Source of the DNA: a virus
Taxonomy: Duplodnaviria > Caudoviricetes
Length of the DNA stretch: 64,000 nt
Strand: one strand, 5' to 3'
IMG/VR virus record: IMGVR_UViG_3300032216_001891
Coordinates: 90,555 to 154,554 of that record
In this document: positions 45,827 to 54,467 of the stretch, one piece after another
Position numbering within the stretch: the stretch's first letter is position 1
Layout of the letters: each line of letters starts with the position of its first letter
Made by a program: the position numbers and the translations under genes
Notes under the pieces: model-generated
Databases searched by the model: none
What the model saw: only the letters and a program-made list of their open reading frames with translations
Told to the model about the DNA's origin: nothing

Positions 45827-48621
45827 AGTATCTCGTATCCTGCTTGTTTAAGTTGTTGTAGATAATTTTCCATGATGTCAAGTTCGTCGTCACCATGCCA
45901 GCTTTTTTCTTCTTTATCATCTGCGTATTTATTGTATTCAACATTGCTAGTATGGAAACTGTGTTTTCCGTAATTATACAAGTCAACAACTACAAACGAT
46001 TGGCCACGACCAAACTCAACTATGTCACCAGTGGCACCGTTGAACTCGACCGATCCTGTGATGATGACAGGATCACCCACATGCAACTGTTGACCTTCTG
46101 CAACACCGTGTATCGGGCTAGTGCTGTCCACTGCCACTGGCATGTTGCTGTCTTCGTCAAATGATCGCAGTCCTTGCCCGGCAGGGCATAGGGTATATAG
46201 CGGCACCTTGAATCTGTTTTTAGTCTCATCACCAATCTGTGCCATTCTGCCTTCTATTTTTTGAACTTTGTATATTCTTCCACCGTAGTCAACTGACTTG
46301 CCTGGAGTTAACCACGCAGGTGTCTTGGCCTCGGCCACATCCTGCTTGTCACCCGTAATAGCCTGTAACATGGCACGTGCCACCACACGATCTTTTTCTT
46401 TTTCTTCTTCTGGTAACTGAGCATAATTCTGCGTTACCAGACGTTGACGCTGTGCTATCTTGGCTTGTAGTTTTTCTGGAGCCATAGTTTTACTGTCGTC
46501 AAATATCATTGGGTTTTGTATAAATGCCTGTGCGGTGACATTCCACCCTCTGTGGATGGCATCACTGATCTTTTCAATATCAGTCTCACCTGCATCAATC
46601 ATCTTTTTAGCATAAGCAGCTGATTTCAAGTTGGCCTGCCATCCAAATGTGTTACCTGGTGTGCTACGACCATAATGATAAGCCGCATCTAATGCCTCGT
46701 CACTGATGGTGGCTAACTGTTCTACACTCAATGGTTTTCCAGTAGATTCGGCCAATGCCTTATTTTGTAAATCTTCTAATTTATCAGCCATTTTATATAT
46801 AACATCTTTATCCACTTCTTGCATGGCTTTGGCTGCAATTTTGCCAAACTCTCCGTGTCCTTTCTGCAACCAAGCAGCAGCTTGTGCAACTCCGTATGCG
46901 GCTGCAACAGCAGCAAAGGTTGCAACAGGAATGCCCCATTTACCCAAGGTTGAGAATATCATGCCCCACCCTCCCGAGAACCCCGGTAACATGTCAGTAA
47001 TACCTTCCGCTACATCTTGCTCATCGTAACGCTTTCTGTTGGCAAAGTGTTTTTTAATGCTGGCATTGCTGGTGCGTGGCTTGCGTTTAATTTTATAACC
47101 AAGACCAAGTTTTTTCACAGCCGCACGTGCCTGTTCTTGACTGTTGTAAACAGTCTCTTCACCATTGCCTACAACAATGTAAGAATAGTTTACATCCGGA
47201 GTATCACCTTCCGCTATGCCCGACTCACGGGTCATGTACCGGTCGGCATCTGCGGCTCTGCACTGTGCCGGATCTGTTGGATCAAACTTTGCATTGCCCA
47301 TTGTAAAATTCTTTCCGTATTTCTTATAAAGACTATTTGCAAGATTCTCTCTGGCTCGGCTGGCGGTTGACAAGGTAGGAAATACTTTCCAGTAGATATT
47401 ATTGCCACCTTGAGTTTTTCTCCACCAAACCACTTGCGGAGTATTTTCTATTGGGCCATTGCGATCAACATAGCCTTCCGCCACACCTTGTCTAATCATA
47501 AGTTGGCTTGCTGGTCCGATCCCACGTCCGGTTACACGATTAAACTTTAACATTTCCCCAGTATTATGATCATACACTACAATGACAGTTGGTGTTTCAC
47601 GTTCAATATTAAATGCACCGTACTTGCCCATATCCTTACCATGTTGATGCTGATGTACTTGGACAACGTCTCCGGAGCCTTCCGCCACACCTTGGAATTT
47701 ACTTTGTATCTCTTGTAATGCTTGAGCCAATAGTTCAGTTGGTGCCCGACTGAGTAATTGTGATATATCGTCGTTGAACTGACGGTATAACCGACCCCAA
47801 GTTGGGCAACCGTGTGCCATTGCATGAGCACGATTACTACTGCCTTCTTGATCTAGAGAGCGAACGTATTTCCAAAGTTCACGTCTAATCGTGTCACGAT
47901 CGGTTGGAGCAACCAGTTCTCTACGTGCATCTCTAGACAACGGAGCAGTTTCCTCCACATCTCGCACAGCAACACCGTAGCGACGCAACAGATTTCTACC
48001 ATCACTCACTCTAAATGCACCTTTTACATAAGGTCCCACTCGCTTGATGGCTTTTTGTTCTATATGGGGTAGATGCATTTCAGCCTGTTCAGGAGTGTTG
48101 TATTCACCGTATATCACTGCTGCACCATCCCAGGCCCATACATAATACGAACCGGGATCAACCGGATACTCTCTACCTCGAATGGTTTCAATTGCTTCCT
48201 CCACACCCGAACCAATGGGACTTGCTACATTGTCTGAATCCTGTGTGGCCGCCACTCCGTTCAAGCCTGCAGATGTGAATAAGTCCGTATCTTCATCAGC
48301 ACGAGAACCACTTAATTCTTCCGGAGTCCACTGTGTATAACTGTCTCCGTTTTCGTCATGATTCTGTACTACAAATGCACCACCGTCTTCGTCTTCAACT
48401 TCGCCAATGCCCCAGTTTGATTGGCCTAGAATAGTTTCTACTTGCCGTTGTACAGCAGAATCGCCGTTCCACCACATGCGAGCATACTTAAACAACATGT
48501 CATCATTGCTCGAGTCATCGGGTTCTGCTACAGCAAACTCGTGTATGATTTCAATCCGGGATTCGCTGACCGTGGGTTTGCTTGGGTTTTTGTTGCTGTC
48601 AAATAAGTCGTATATGTTCAT
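45823..48621 (-). CDS. 932 aa modular polyprotein with repeated (G/D)VAEG-type linkers; includes RyR-like and KOW/SH3-like modules
   Basis: GVEEA, DVEET, GVAEG x3, GIAEG, DVAEG, DVAEA; AIHRGW...YAQLPEEEKEKDR (RyR repeat-like); LHVGDPVIITG (KOW-like). Confidence 0.75.
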   Translation of the reverse strand: MNIYDLFDSNKNPSKPTVSESRIEIIHEFAVAEPDDSSNDDMLFKYARMWWNGDSAVQRQVETILGQSNWGIGEVEDEDGGAFVVQNHDENGDSYTQWTPEELSGSRADEDTDLFTSAGLNGVAATQDSDNVASPIGSGVEEAIETIRGREYPVDPGSYYVWAWDGAAVIYGEYNTPEQAEMHLPHIEQKAIKRVGPYVKGAFRVSDGRNLLRRYGVAVRDVEETAPLSRDARRELVAPTDRDTIRRELWKYVRSLDQEGSSNRAHAMAHGCPTWGRLYRQFNDDISQLLSRAPTELLAQALQEIQSKFQGVAEGSGDVVQVHQHQHGKDMGKYGAFNIERETPTVIVVYDHNTGEMLKFNRVTGRGIGPASQLMIRQGVAEGYVDRNGPIENTPQVVWWRKTQGGNNIYWKVFPTLSTASRARENLANSLYKKYGKNFTMGNAKFDPTDPAQCRAADADRYMTRESGIAEGDTPDVNYSYIVVGNGEETVYNSQEQARAAVKKLGLGYKIKRKPRTSNASIKKHFANRKRYDEQDVAEGITDMLPGFSGGWGMIFSTLGKWGIPVATFAAVAAAYGVAQAAAWLQKGHGEFGKIAAKAMQEVDKDVIYKMADKLEDLQNKALAESTGKPLSVEQLATISDEALDAAYHYGRSTPGNTFGWQANLKSAAYAKKMIDAGETDIEKISDAIHRGWNVTAQAFIQNPMIFDDSKTMAPEKLQAKIAQRQRLVTQNYAQLPEEEKEKDRVVARAMLQAITGDKQDVAEAKTPAWLTPGKSVDYGGRIYKVQKIEGRMAQIGDETKNRFKVPLYTLCPAGQGLRSFDEDSNMPVAVDSTSPIHGVAEGQQLHVGDPVIITGSVEFNGATGDIVEFGRGQSFVVVDLYNYGKHSFHTSNVEYNKYADDKEEKSWHGDDELDIMENYLQQLKQAGYEIL
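47472..47694. repeat. 19 bp perfect direct repeat CAAGGTGTGGCGGAAGGCT (minus strand) encoding QGVAEG
   Basis: agccttccgccacaccttg at 47472-47490 and 47676-47694; 14 bp core again at 50144-50157. Confidence 0.9.
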
Positions 48622-49295
48622 CGTGTAGTTCCTGCTGAGGGTGGTGTTTGCCCGGGTTGATTTGTTGCTGGTTGTCCTGGTTGCCCAGGCTTTGATCCCT
48701 GTGTGTTGGCGGCTGTTTGTCCCATGGACTTTTGAGCCTGTTGTACCTGTTTGTTTTTTTGTAATTCTGTTTGTTGTGTTTTATCCAACAACTGTTTGAA
48801 CTGACCAGCAGTTTGTGGATTCTGCAAGATATTACTGGCTGCTACTCCCAGTGGTGCCAATTGATTTTGTTCAGCATTGCTGAGGTTGGTGTTGGGAGCT
48901 TGATCCAATTTATCCATTACACCAGTGAACTTGGCAGGATTCATCTGCTGAGCACTGCCCAGCTGATTTAACTTTGGTTTAATTTGATTCACTGATTTTT
49001 GTATCTGTGCTTGATCTGTTTTCTGTTGCATTACCGCTGGATCGGGTTTTTGTGCAGTGGAGCCTTGTGGAGTTTGAGCAGCAGCTCCATAACCACCCAC
49101 GCCACCGTATTCGGCAACATAGGAGTAATACTCCTGCATCAAGTCTTGGGCAGTTTGTTTCACCTGCGGACGACTTTTTAATTCAGCTTGTAATTCTCGC
49201 AGTACACTTTCAGTGACAGAGGTTGATGGTTGAACCGACGGTGTTGCGGTGTCAGCAATGGTGTCCATGCGATGGATTAGTGTGCGTAGATCCAT
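48618..49295 (-). CDS. Gln/Pro-rich hypothetical protein
   Basis: 225 aa, MDLRTLI start, VTE and VAE sites. Confidence 0.65.
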   Translation of the reverse strand: MDLRTLIHRMDTIADTATPSVQPSTSVTESVLRELQAELKSRPQVKQTAQDLMQEYYSYVAEYGGVGGYGAAAQTPQGSTAQKPDPAVMQQKTDQAQIQKSVNQIKPKLNQLGSAQQMNPAKFTGVMDKLDQAPNTNLSNAEQNQLAPLGVAASNILQNPQTAGQFKQLLDKTQQTELQKNKQVQQAQKSMGQTAANTQGSKPGQPGQPATNQPGQTPPSAGTTR

Positions 49296-50872
49296 TATCT
49301 TTTAATCGTACTAGATTTTTTAGCAGATTTTTTCTTAGCAGCAAAGGGACTGTCAGGGTTCTCGTAAGTTCCACCAAACAGTGTGCCAGTCTTGGGGCCT
49401 GATCCTGGATTGATTGCTGTGCTGATGCCAGAACTAAAACTTTCAATTATTTGATCTAAATCTTCATCCAGCTCTTGACTGGCACCGGGCATGTCTCGTA
49501 GTTTGTTTTTTAAACCAGCAACTCTTGCACGATAGGTTCGAGCCTTGGCTTGATCACCGGCTTTGTCGGCACGATCGGCAATCGCGGTATATTTTTCAAT
49601 TTGTGTTTTTACAGTGACTCTATCCATGCCCTCTGTTACTTCTTTATCTTCCGCCAAACCTAGATCCAATCCCGGGCGAATCTTTTTTTCTCTATCAAAT
49701 TTAACATCAAGAGCACGATCAATGCGATTGGTGCCCGGTTTGTCTAACGTGCGTAGATTATCATGATCAGTTGTGCCACCATACGCCGCAGTGCTGCGAT
49801 GACGTAGGCCTTTGGCTGTTTTGGTAATTTCACCTTCTGCTACACCGCCGACAGATTCTGGCACCTGACAATCAAAACGGCTGATGGCACGATCTGTTGC
49901 ACTGGTGTCCTTGTGTGCGGCTCCACCTGGTTCATATGGTTCTGGTTTTACTCTAGGCTCGCTACGTATACCAGTATCTGTGTCAACATCAACTACTTTA
50001 AGACCTTTTTTAGCATAAAACTGTGTGATATTCTCAATCTCTTCCATGAATTCATCACTATAAACTCGCACTCGGCGTGGAGGATTTTTTTCAGGATTTT
50101 CAAAATGCACAGTCCATATGTAGTACTCACCTCGGCCGGCACTTTCCGCCACACCTTCGCCAAATCTATTTGTTGGGGATATATTGCGTGGATCAGAGAA
50201 GTCAATACTAGGCTCAGGCATACTATATTCATGAACTTCGTGAACCCACTCCTCTGGAATATCTAACTTACGAGCAATAGTTGCCGCTGGTACACCCTTT
50301 ACCAGCAAGTCAATGATCTGTCGATCAATTTTACTTTGTGGGCCATTGCCTTCCACTACACTTTGATCTTCATTCACAGCCCGGTGTTTCACATCCTTCA
50401 AGTGTGCATCAACACCCGCGGTGTTTTTTAATTTCCATTTGGCAGCGGCTTTTCGAGCTGCTTCATAGGAAGTCTTGGCTGTTACCTCGCACTGGCCTTT
50501 CTTTGCATGTACACAAACATAAGCATGTTCTGCATCACTCTCGCCCAATAAATCAGCAAACTTTTCTTCAGCTTCGGCAATGTCAAATGCTGTCATGCCA
50601 CTGGCATGCGGTCTTTCGCCGCCCATGACCTCGTACTCTAACCATTCGGCCACAGTTTTCAAGTAGTCATTGGCTAGACTGATCTTTTCAGCGGCCCAAG
50701 CATCTAGCTCGTGTCCATCAGGCAGTTCGCCAATTAATTTATGTAGTTTGATTGCGTTGACAGCTGAGTGATAGCACTCTTCTCTCAACATGTGGTGTTG
50801 ATGGCTTTGATGCATTTGGTGTGCGTCATCACCGATGAATTCGTTTTCTTTTAGAAATTCTTGTGGTTTCAT
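49295..50872 (-). CDS. modular polyprotein with VAE-type linkers, includes an HTH-like module
   Basis: Start refined to MKPQEFLKE below TAAATA (50895-50900); SVVEG, GVAES, GVAEG, LAED, VTEG; IIDLLVKGVPAATIARKLDIPEEWV. Confidence 0.7.
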   Translation of the reverse strand: MKPQEFLKENEFIGDDAHQMHQSHQHHMLREECYHSAVNAIKLHKLIGELPDGHELDAWAAEKISLANDYLKTVAEWLEYEVMGGERPHASGMTAFDIAEAEEKFADLLGESDAEHAYVCVHAKKGQCEVTAKTSYEAARKAAAKWKLKNTAGVDAHLKDVKHRAVNEDQSVVEGNGPQSKIDRQIIDLLVKGVPAATIARKLDIPEEWVHEVHEYSMPEPSIDFSDPRNISPTNRFGEGVAESAGRGEYYIWTVHFENPEKNPPRRVRVYSDEFMEEIENITQFYAKKGLKVVDVDTDTGIRSEPRVKPEPYEPGGAAHKDTSATDRAISRFDCQVPESVGGVAEGEITKTAKGLRHRSTAAYGGTTDHDNLRTLDKPGTNRIDRALDVKFDREKKIRPGLDLGLAEDKEVTEGMDRVTVKTQIEKYTAIADRADKAGDQAKARTYRARVAGLKNKLRDMPGASQELDEDLDQIIESFSSGISTAINPGSGPKTGTLFGGTYENPDSPFAAKKKSAKKSSTIKR

Positions 50873-50904
50873 GCGTAACTCCAGTATATTATAGTATTTA
50901 GCAA

Positions 50905-51183
50905 CTATATTGTAAACGATAAATCTTGACTGCTGATGCCGGCGCCGTCGACAGTGAAGTTTTTTACAACAATGCAACCTTGTGTAACACATTCTTCTAC
51001 AGTCAACTGATGTTCACCGGGTTCAAGATCTACCTCAATATTTTCTCGAACATAAACACTGTATGCTGGCCAACACCAAGTGCGTTCAGTGAGTAGATCA
51101 CTGTCAACATAAACTCTATACACAGGAGTACCTGCAGCAGTGGAGTTGCAATGAACATCCACACAAAGTACACGTAGGGTCAT
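50905..51183 (-). CDS. hypothetical beta-rich protein
   Basis: PVYRVYVDSDLLTERTW; start refined. Confidence 0.6.
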   Translation of the reverse strand: MTLRVLCVDVHCNSTAAGTPVYRVYVDSDLLTERTWCWPAYSVYVRENIEVDLEPGEHQLTVEECVTQGCIVVKNFTVDGAGISSQDLSFTI

Positions 51184-52082
51184 TGATGCGAGCCCTGCCA
51201 AAGTTGCTGAATTTTACGTTTTAACTCGGCAATTTTCTTTTGATAGTAGGGTTTGACTGCGGAATCAATGTTGCCATCAGCGATCAAATCTTGATAATAG
51301 TCAATGTCATCTCGATATTTTTTAATCAAGTACACAGTGGTATCTGTCACAGGATTGTTTTCTGCTAGATCAAATGCACGTAAATTTTTATTGATAGCTC
51401 CGGGACGTACATCCTGGGTCAAGCTCATACTGTAGCGTGGATCACGTGCTTGACTCTTGGAAGCAATCACTCCTGATGCATCTTCTTGCACAGCAAGATA
51501 CTTGTCTAATATGTGTTGAGCTGCAACAGGATCAGCCGGATACAGTTCTTTTGCCCATGCTCGTCGTTGCTGGGGTGTGGCCCCGGGCCACTGGTTGCGT
51601 ATTTCGCTGGCACTGGTAATGCCTCCTGTGAATTCCACTGTGGGCAAGTACGCCATGTAACCGTGTTGACTCAAGGGTTTGAGTGTTTTACCAATGGGTT
51701 GTAGATAGCTGGGCTCACCGTTCTTTTTTACACCGCCGGCTCTTGGCGGCTCTGCACGGTCTTTTTCGCTTCTAGCAAAAATCAATACTGTGTTGTTGGC
51801 GTCGTACTGATCAACTATTTCTTTTGCTTGAAAGGGACTTTTGACTTGTACAAAATGTCCTGCGGGAACACCGGCAATTTCAGCTAGTCGAGCCTTGTCA
51901 CTGAAATCAAACGGACGTTGATTTTTGTCGTTGGTGGATGCATAGTAAATGTCGGCCTTGGGAAAAGCCTGCTGTGCAGATTGATATAAAGAAAAATGGC
52001 CTGGGTGAAAAGGATGAAATCCTCCAGGCAGGATCACAAGAGTTTTCTTCGAGGTTGCTTCAAATAAATCTGCTATGAACAT
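51180..52082 (-). CDS. HxGH-class nucleotidyltransferase (cytidylyltransferase-like) with appended modules
   Basis: PGGFHPFHPGH, RPFDF, SASEIR; MFIADLFE start; VQE and LAE linkers before C-terminal modules. Confidence 0.75.
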   Translation of the reverse strand: MFIADLFEATSKKTLVILPGGFHPFHPGHFSLYQSAQQAFPKADIYYASTNDKNQRPFDFSDKARLAEIAGVPAGHFVQVKSPFQAKEIVDQYDANNTVLIFARSEKDRAEPPRAGGVKKNGEPSYLQPIGKTLKPLSQHGYMAYLPTVEFTGGITSASEIRNQWPGATPQQRRAWAKELYPADPVAAQHILDKYLAVQEDASGVIASKSQARDPRYSMSLTQDVRPGAINKNLRAFDLAENNPVTDTTVYLIKKYRDDIDYYQDLIADGNIDSAVKPYYQKKIAELKRKIQQLWQGSHQ

Positions 52083-52112
52083 GACAATATCCGTTTACAG
52101 CAGTATTTAGCT

Positions 52113-52577
52113 TTAAATGTGTTCCAACAACCAAAGATAAAAAGGATTGGTCCAATGAAACTGCCACTCACCGTTCCATCCAAGATTTATACAGTTTTTA
52201 ACCACCGAGACTGTTTCGCCGTTGTGTACCACTGGTTCATCAACATGATATTCACTTGACTTATAGATTACACTCTTCAAATCAATTTCATCAATTTCCA
52301 CACTGACAATGTTCAACAACATATCCTTGACTATGCCGGTCTTGTCGGCATTTTCCACAGTGTCTTGTGGAGTTTTGTTTTCCAAGCGTATCTGCAACCG
52401 GTTGAGTTCCACATCGGATTCCATGTCAAACTCTACATAAAAAACTTCCTCCGTGGCTGTATCCACCAGTGAGGATGACACCACAGCCATGTCATTGACT
52501 AAAACACTGTATTGGGGTGGTCGATCCCAATACGTGCCACTGAGTCCAATTCGAAAGTGTAAGGTTTCTTTTTCCAT
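52113..52577 (-). CDS. hypothetical protein
   Basis: 154 aa, NLGWNG...PFYLWLLE. Confidence 0.7.
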   Translation of the reverse strand: MEKETLHFRIGLSGTYWDRPPQYSVLVNDMAVVSSSLVDTATEEVFYVEFDMESDVELNRLQIRLENKTPQDTVENADKTGIVKDMLLNIVSVEIDEIDLKSVIYKSSEYHVDEPVVHNGETVSVVKNCINLGWNGEWQFHWTNPFYLWLLEHI

Positions 52578-52594
52578 AGGGCTCTGTTATGTTG

Positions 52595-53536
52595 TTAGCT
52601 CACCTGTGCCTGTGGTTGTCCGGCCTTGGCCATGTTCACAGCATCTTTCAATGCCGCTGGAACTCCCGACGGTAATGAGTCACCGGATCCTGCCGGAGCA
52701 GCACCTCTTGCTTGATTGATGACATCAATCTTGCTGAGGTCACCAGCAAATTCAAAGTGTCCAATATGGTTAAGTAATACTTTACTGTGTACCCAAATTT
52801 CACCGCCCATGTCCTGCCAACGTCTACAGAACAACCAATCCTCACTGAGGTAGTGTCCTTTGGCATCAATCTTACAATCAAAGATCGAATACATCATTGG
52901 TTCGTACTGCTTGCCCAGGCCAACATCATCCACATATTTTGTTTCTGGAAACTGTGCAATCATCTTTTCGTAAACTGATCTCTTAAACAACAAGAAACCT
53001 GTGCCTGTGGTGTCCACTGTGAAGATGTCGCCTTGAATCTTAGTTTCCGGCTTCAAGTTGATGACATAGTTGACTGGTAAGGCTTTTTTAGGATATAATC
53101 CACCAATGACTTCTTTGTCACAGGCAATCATTTGCAAGATTGATTCTGGTTGGAAACGAATATCAGCATCAATAAACATGAAATGTGTGGCTGCTGTGTT
53201 GGTCATCATTTTGGCCATCAAGTTGTTTCTAGCACGAGTCACTAAACTTTCATTAACCATAGTATCTAAACTCCAGTTAAGTCCTGCTTGGCTCGCCAAT
53301 AGCACAAAACGTAAAAAGCTGGTCATTGTGGGCTCACTCACCATACCACCGTAGCAGGGAATACCAATGTGCAAGTGTACCTTGCTAAAGTCATAGGGAA
53401 CACCCTGACCTTGGTTGGCCGGAACTAGCTCGGGTGGTTTTTGTGCTTGTTGTGTTTGACGTGCGGCTGCTGCTTTGATTAATGCCACCGCATCTTTTTG
53501 ACTGACCGGGGCGCCAGCGGGTTTTTGTGTACTCAT
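52595..53536 (-). CDS. GT-A fold glycosyltransferase-like protein
   Basis: IGIPCYGG, SLVTRARN, FMFIDADI (DxD), GTGFLL, YLSEDWLFC. Confidence 0.8.
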   Translation of the reverse strand: MSTQKPAGAPVSQKDAVALIKAAAARQTQQAQKPPELVPANQGQGVPYDFSKVHLHIGIPCYGGMVSEPTMTSFLRFVLLASQAGLNWSLDTMVNESLVTRARNNLMAKMMTNTAATHFMFIDADIRFQPESILQMIACDKEVIGGLYPKKALPVNYVINLKPETKIQGDIFTVDTTGTGFLLFKRSVYEKMIAQFPETKYVDDVGLGKQYEPMMYSIFDCKIDAKGHYLSEDWLFCRRWQDMGGEIWVHSKVLLNHIGHFEFAGDLSKIDVINQARGAAPAGSGDSLPSGVPAALKDAVNMAKAGQPQAQVS

Positions 53537-53556
53537 TGATTTCTCTCTTTGATTGA

Positions 53557-53721
53557 TTAGGCTATGGTTATTTCAACAAGTGCACCTGCACCTGCTAGTT
53601 CTTGTACTACTGCTTCCAAACTTGTGATTAATTCTTCGTTCAGTGCTGTGCTTACACTATCAGAATCTTTAATTAATTTACTAATTTTAACTACCAATAC
53701 ATCTTCTTGAAGTTTTGCCAT
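53557..53721 (-). CDS. small hypothetical protein (54 aa), below the ORF-track cutoff
   Basis: MAKLQEDVLVVKISKLIKDS...ELAGAGALVEITIA; AAGGAG SD and TAAATA at 53748-53. Confidence 0.7.
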   Translation of the reverse strand: MAKLQEDVLVVKISKLIKDSDSVSTALNEELITSLEAVVQELAGAGALVEITIA

Positions 53722-53750
53722 TTTGGGCTCCTTGAATAATATGCTAGTAT

Positions 53751-54467
53751 TTAGCCAGGCACCGACACCACGGCATGAATATTTGATATTAATCCAGGAT
53801 CTATCAAACTAACAAAAGTAACAACTGCTGGGTCGTTGGTGTAGAAGAACACACCCCAAGTGCTTTCATAGGGTTTTTCCAGCATGCTTCTAGCAGTTTT
53901 ACTCAATTTAACAGTGTCACCTAGGCCATCTAAATAACACAACAACTGTTGTTTTGTTTGCAGTGAATATCTACCATCACGTACAATCACTTTGTGTGAA
54001 TACCCCAACTCAGTACGTGTTATGATGGCTCCAGATCTCAATAACTCCACTTGTTCGGGTTGTGGATACATTACGGATTGTATATACCTAGCATCAATCT
54101 TCAATGCTATGGTTTTTAATGTGGCTTCATCTTGGGTATAAAATTGTATGTTGGGTTCTTCTATACGTGTTCTAACTGAGCCAGACATGCCTATTTTGAT
54201 CTCTTGAACTGTACGCAACAGCGTTAAATCTACTAGATCCAAGTTGGGAGATCTATAAAACCATCCAGTTTTACCAAAATTATATCCAGATTGAGCCATA
54301 GCACGTCTATGTTCCAACGCCGCTTCAAGACTTGCAAGTTTTGAATCCAACAGTCTACCGCCTTCGGCATGTATTACCAAACGCCAAAGATATCTACCGT
54401 GAAATTGCTTCACAGTGGTAGCGAGTTTGATACCCGGTTGTATTTTATTCCAGAACGATGAGTCCAT
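53751..54467 (-). CDS. hypothetical protein
   Basis: Start refined to MDSSFW. Confidence 0.65.
   Translation of the reverse strand: MDSSFWNKIQPGIKLATTVKQFHGRYLWRLVIHAEGGRLLDSKLASLEAALEHRRAMAQSGYNFGKTGWFYRSPNLDLVDLTLLRTVQEIKIGMSGSVRTRIEEPNIQFYTQDEATLKTIALKIDARYIQSVMYPQPEQVELLRSGAIITRTELGYSHKVIVRDGRYSLQTKQQLLCYLDGLGDTVKLSKTARSMLEKPYESTWGVFFYTNDPAVVTFVSLIDPGLISNIHAVVSVPG

Noticed and set aside
46094-50365. Repeats as a CRISPR array
   Set aside because: Copies are 14-19 bp, degenerate, irregularly spaced by hundreds of bp and in frame within ORFs; no cas genes
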